From a virus (Duplodnaviria; Heunggongvirae; Uroviricota; Caudoviricetes): a DNA stretch of 33,307 nt. Below are positions 32,406 to 33,307 of this stretch, piece by piece. The stretch lies in IMG/VR virus record IMGVR_UViG_2636415477_000010; one strand, given 5' to 3'. The translations under genes were made by a program, and so were the position numbers. The notes beneath the pieces were generated by a model that worked only from the letters and a program-made list of their open reading frames with translations, made no database searches and had not been told where the DNA came from. Within the stretch, counting starts at the first letter, position 1; every line of letters begins with the position of its first letter.

Positions 32406-33149
32406 ATGACACAGACAGAATCAGCGATTCTGGCGCACGCCCGGCGATGTGCGCCAGCGGAGTCGTGTGGCTTCGTGGTGAGAACGCCGAAGGGGGAAAG
32501 ATATTTTCCCTGCGTGAATATCTCCGGTGAGCCGGAGGCGTATTTCCGGATGTCGCCGGAGGACTGGCTGCGGGCAGAGATGCAGGGTGAGATTGTGGCG
32601 CTGGTCCACAGCCACCCCGGTGGTCTGCCCTGGCTGAGTGAGGCTGACAGGCGGCTGCAGGTGCAGAGCGATTTGCCGTGGTGGCTGGTCTGCCGGGGTG
32701 AGATTCATAAATTCCGCTGTGTGCCGCATCTTACCGGGCGGCGCTTTGAGCACGGGGTGACGGACTGTTACACGCTGTTCCGGGATGCTTATCATCTGGC
32801 GGGGATTGAGATGCCGGATTTTCATCGCGAGGATGACTGGTGGCGCAACGGCCAGAACCTGTACCTGGATAATCTGGAGGCCACAGGGCTGTATCAGGTG
32901 CCGTTGTCATCAGCACAACCGGGCGATGTGCTGCTGTGCTGTTTTGGTTCATCGGTGCCGAATCATGCCGCCATTTACTGTGGTGATGGCGAGCTGCTGC
33001 ACCATATTCCTGAACAACTGAGCAAACGAGAGAGGTATACCGACAAATGGCAACGACGAACGCATTCTGTCTGGCGTCACCGCCACTGGTCCGCATCTGC
33101 CTTCACGGGGATTTACAACGATTTGGTCGCCGCATCAGCCTGTATGTGA
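32406..33149 (+). CDS. K: Tail tip assembly protein K (JAB/MPN plus NlpC/P60-like)
   Basis: ATG at 32406; MTQTESAILAHARRCAPAESCGFVV... matches lambda gpK as recalled. Confidence 0.85.
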   Translation: MTQTESAILAHARRCAPAESCGFVVRTPKGERYFPCVNISGEPEAYFRMSPEDWLRAEMQGEIVALVHSHPGGLPWLSEADRRLQVQSDLPWWLVCRGEIHKFRCVPHLTGRRFEHGVTDCYTLFRDAYHLAGIEMPDFHREDDWWRNGQNLYLDNLEATGLYQVPLSSAQPGDVLLCCFGSSVPNHAAIYCGDGELLHHIPEQLSKRERYTDKWQRRTHSVWRHRHWSASAFTGIYNDLVAASACM

Positions 33150-33307
33150 ACACGGCAGCGGAAGCCATCCGTGCCCTGTCGCTGCAGGTGCCGGGCTTTC
33201 GCCGTCAGATGAACGAAGGCTGGTACCAGATACGTATTGCCGGTGATGACACGGCACCGGAGGCGGTGTATGCCCGTCTTCACGAACAGCTGGGTGAGGG
33301 AACGGTC
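33047..33307 (+). CDS. I: Tail tip assembly protein I, 3'-truncated by the window end
   Basis: ATG at 33047; MATTNAFCLASPPLVRICLHGDLQRFGRRISL... resembles lambda gpI; open to the end of the window. Confidence 0.8.
   Translation, partial: MATTNAFCLASPPLVRICLHGDLQRFGRRISLYVNTAAEAIRALSLQVPGFRRQMNEGWYQIRIAGDDTAPEAVYARLHEQLGEGTV

Overview
The window is almost entirely one lambdoid prophage, running in prophage order from the integrase (window start; att site lies outside) to tail gene I (cut by the window end). Gene calls rest on reading the supplied six-frame translations against remembered lambda, phage-21 and E. coli DLP12 proteins; no alignment or database search was run. Layout: int-xis, small early-left ORFs, exo-bet-gam, a cI immunity region with repeated ATTGCTATT operator boxes, cro, a YdaT-like gene, O with ori iterons, P and ren. 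An accessory island follows (emrE, ybcL, ybcM, a reverse-oriented OmpC-family porin), then a phage-21-type lysis cassette, bor, cos, and a complete lambda-like head/tail module (nu1 through I, with the G-T frameshift site). The strongest candidate for a new system is an AT-rich two-gene operon at 5270-6698, immediately downstream of cI on the same strand, in the slot where lambda carries rexAB. By eye one protein is ASCH/PUA-like and the other has GNAT-like and PUA-like features; these domain calls are unverified. Other points worth checking: no Q antiterminator or nin region anywhere between ren and the holin, no recognisable N gene, and a two-ORF AT-rich insert between holin and endolysin.
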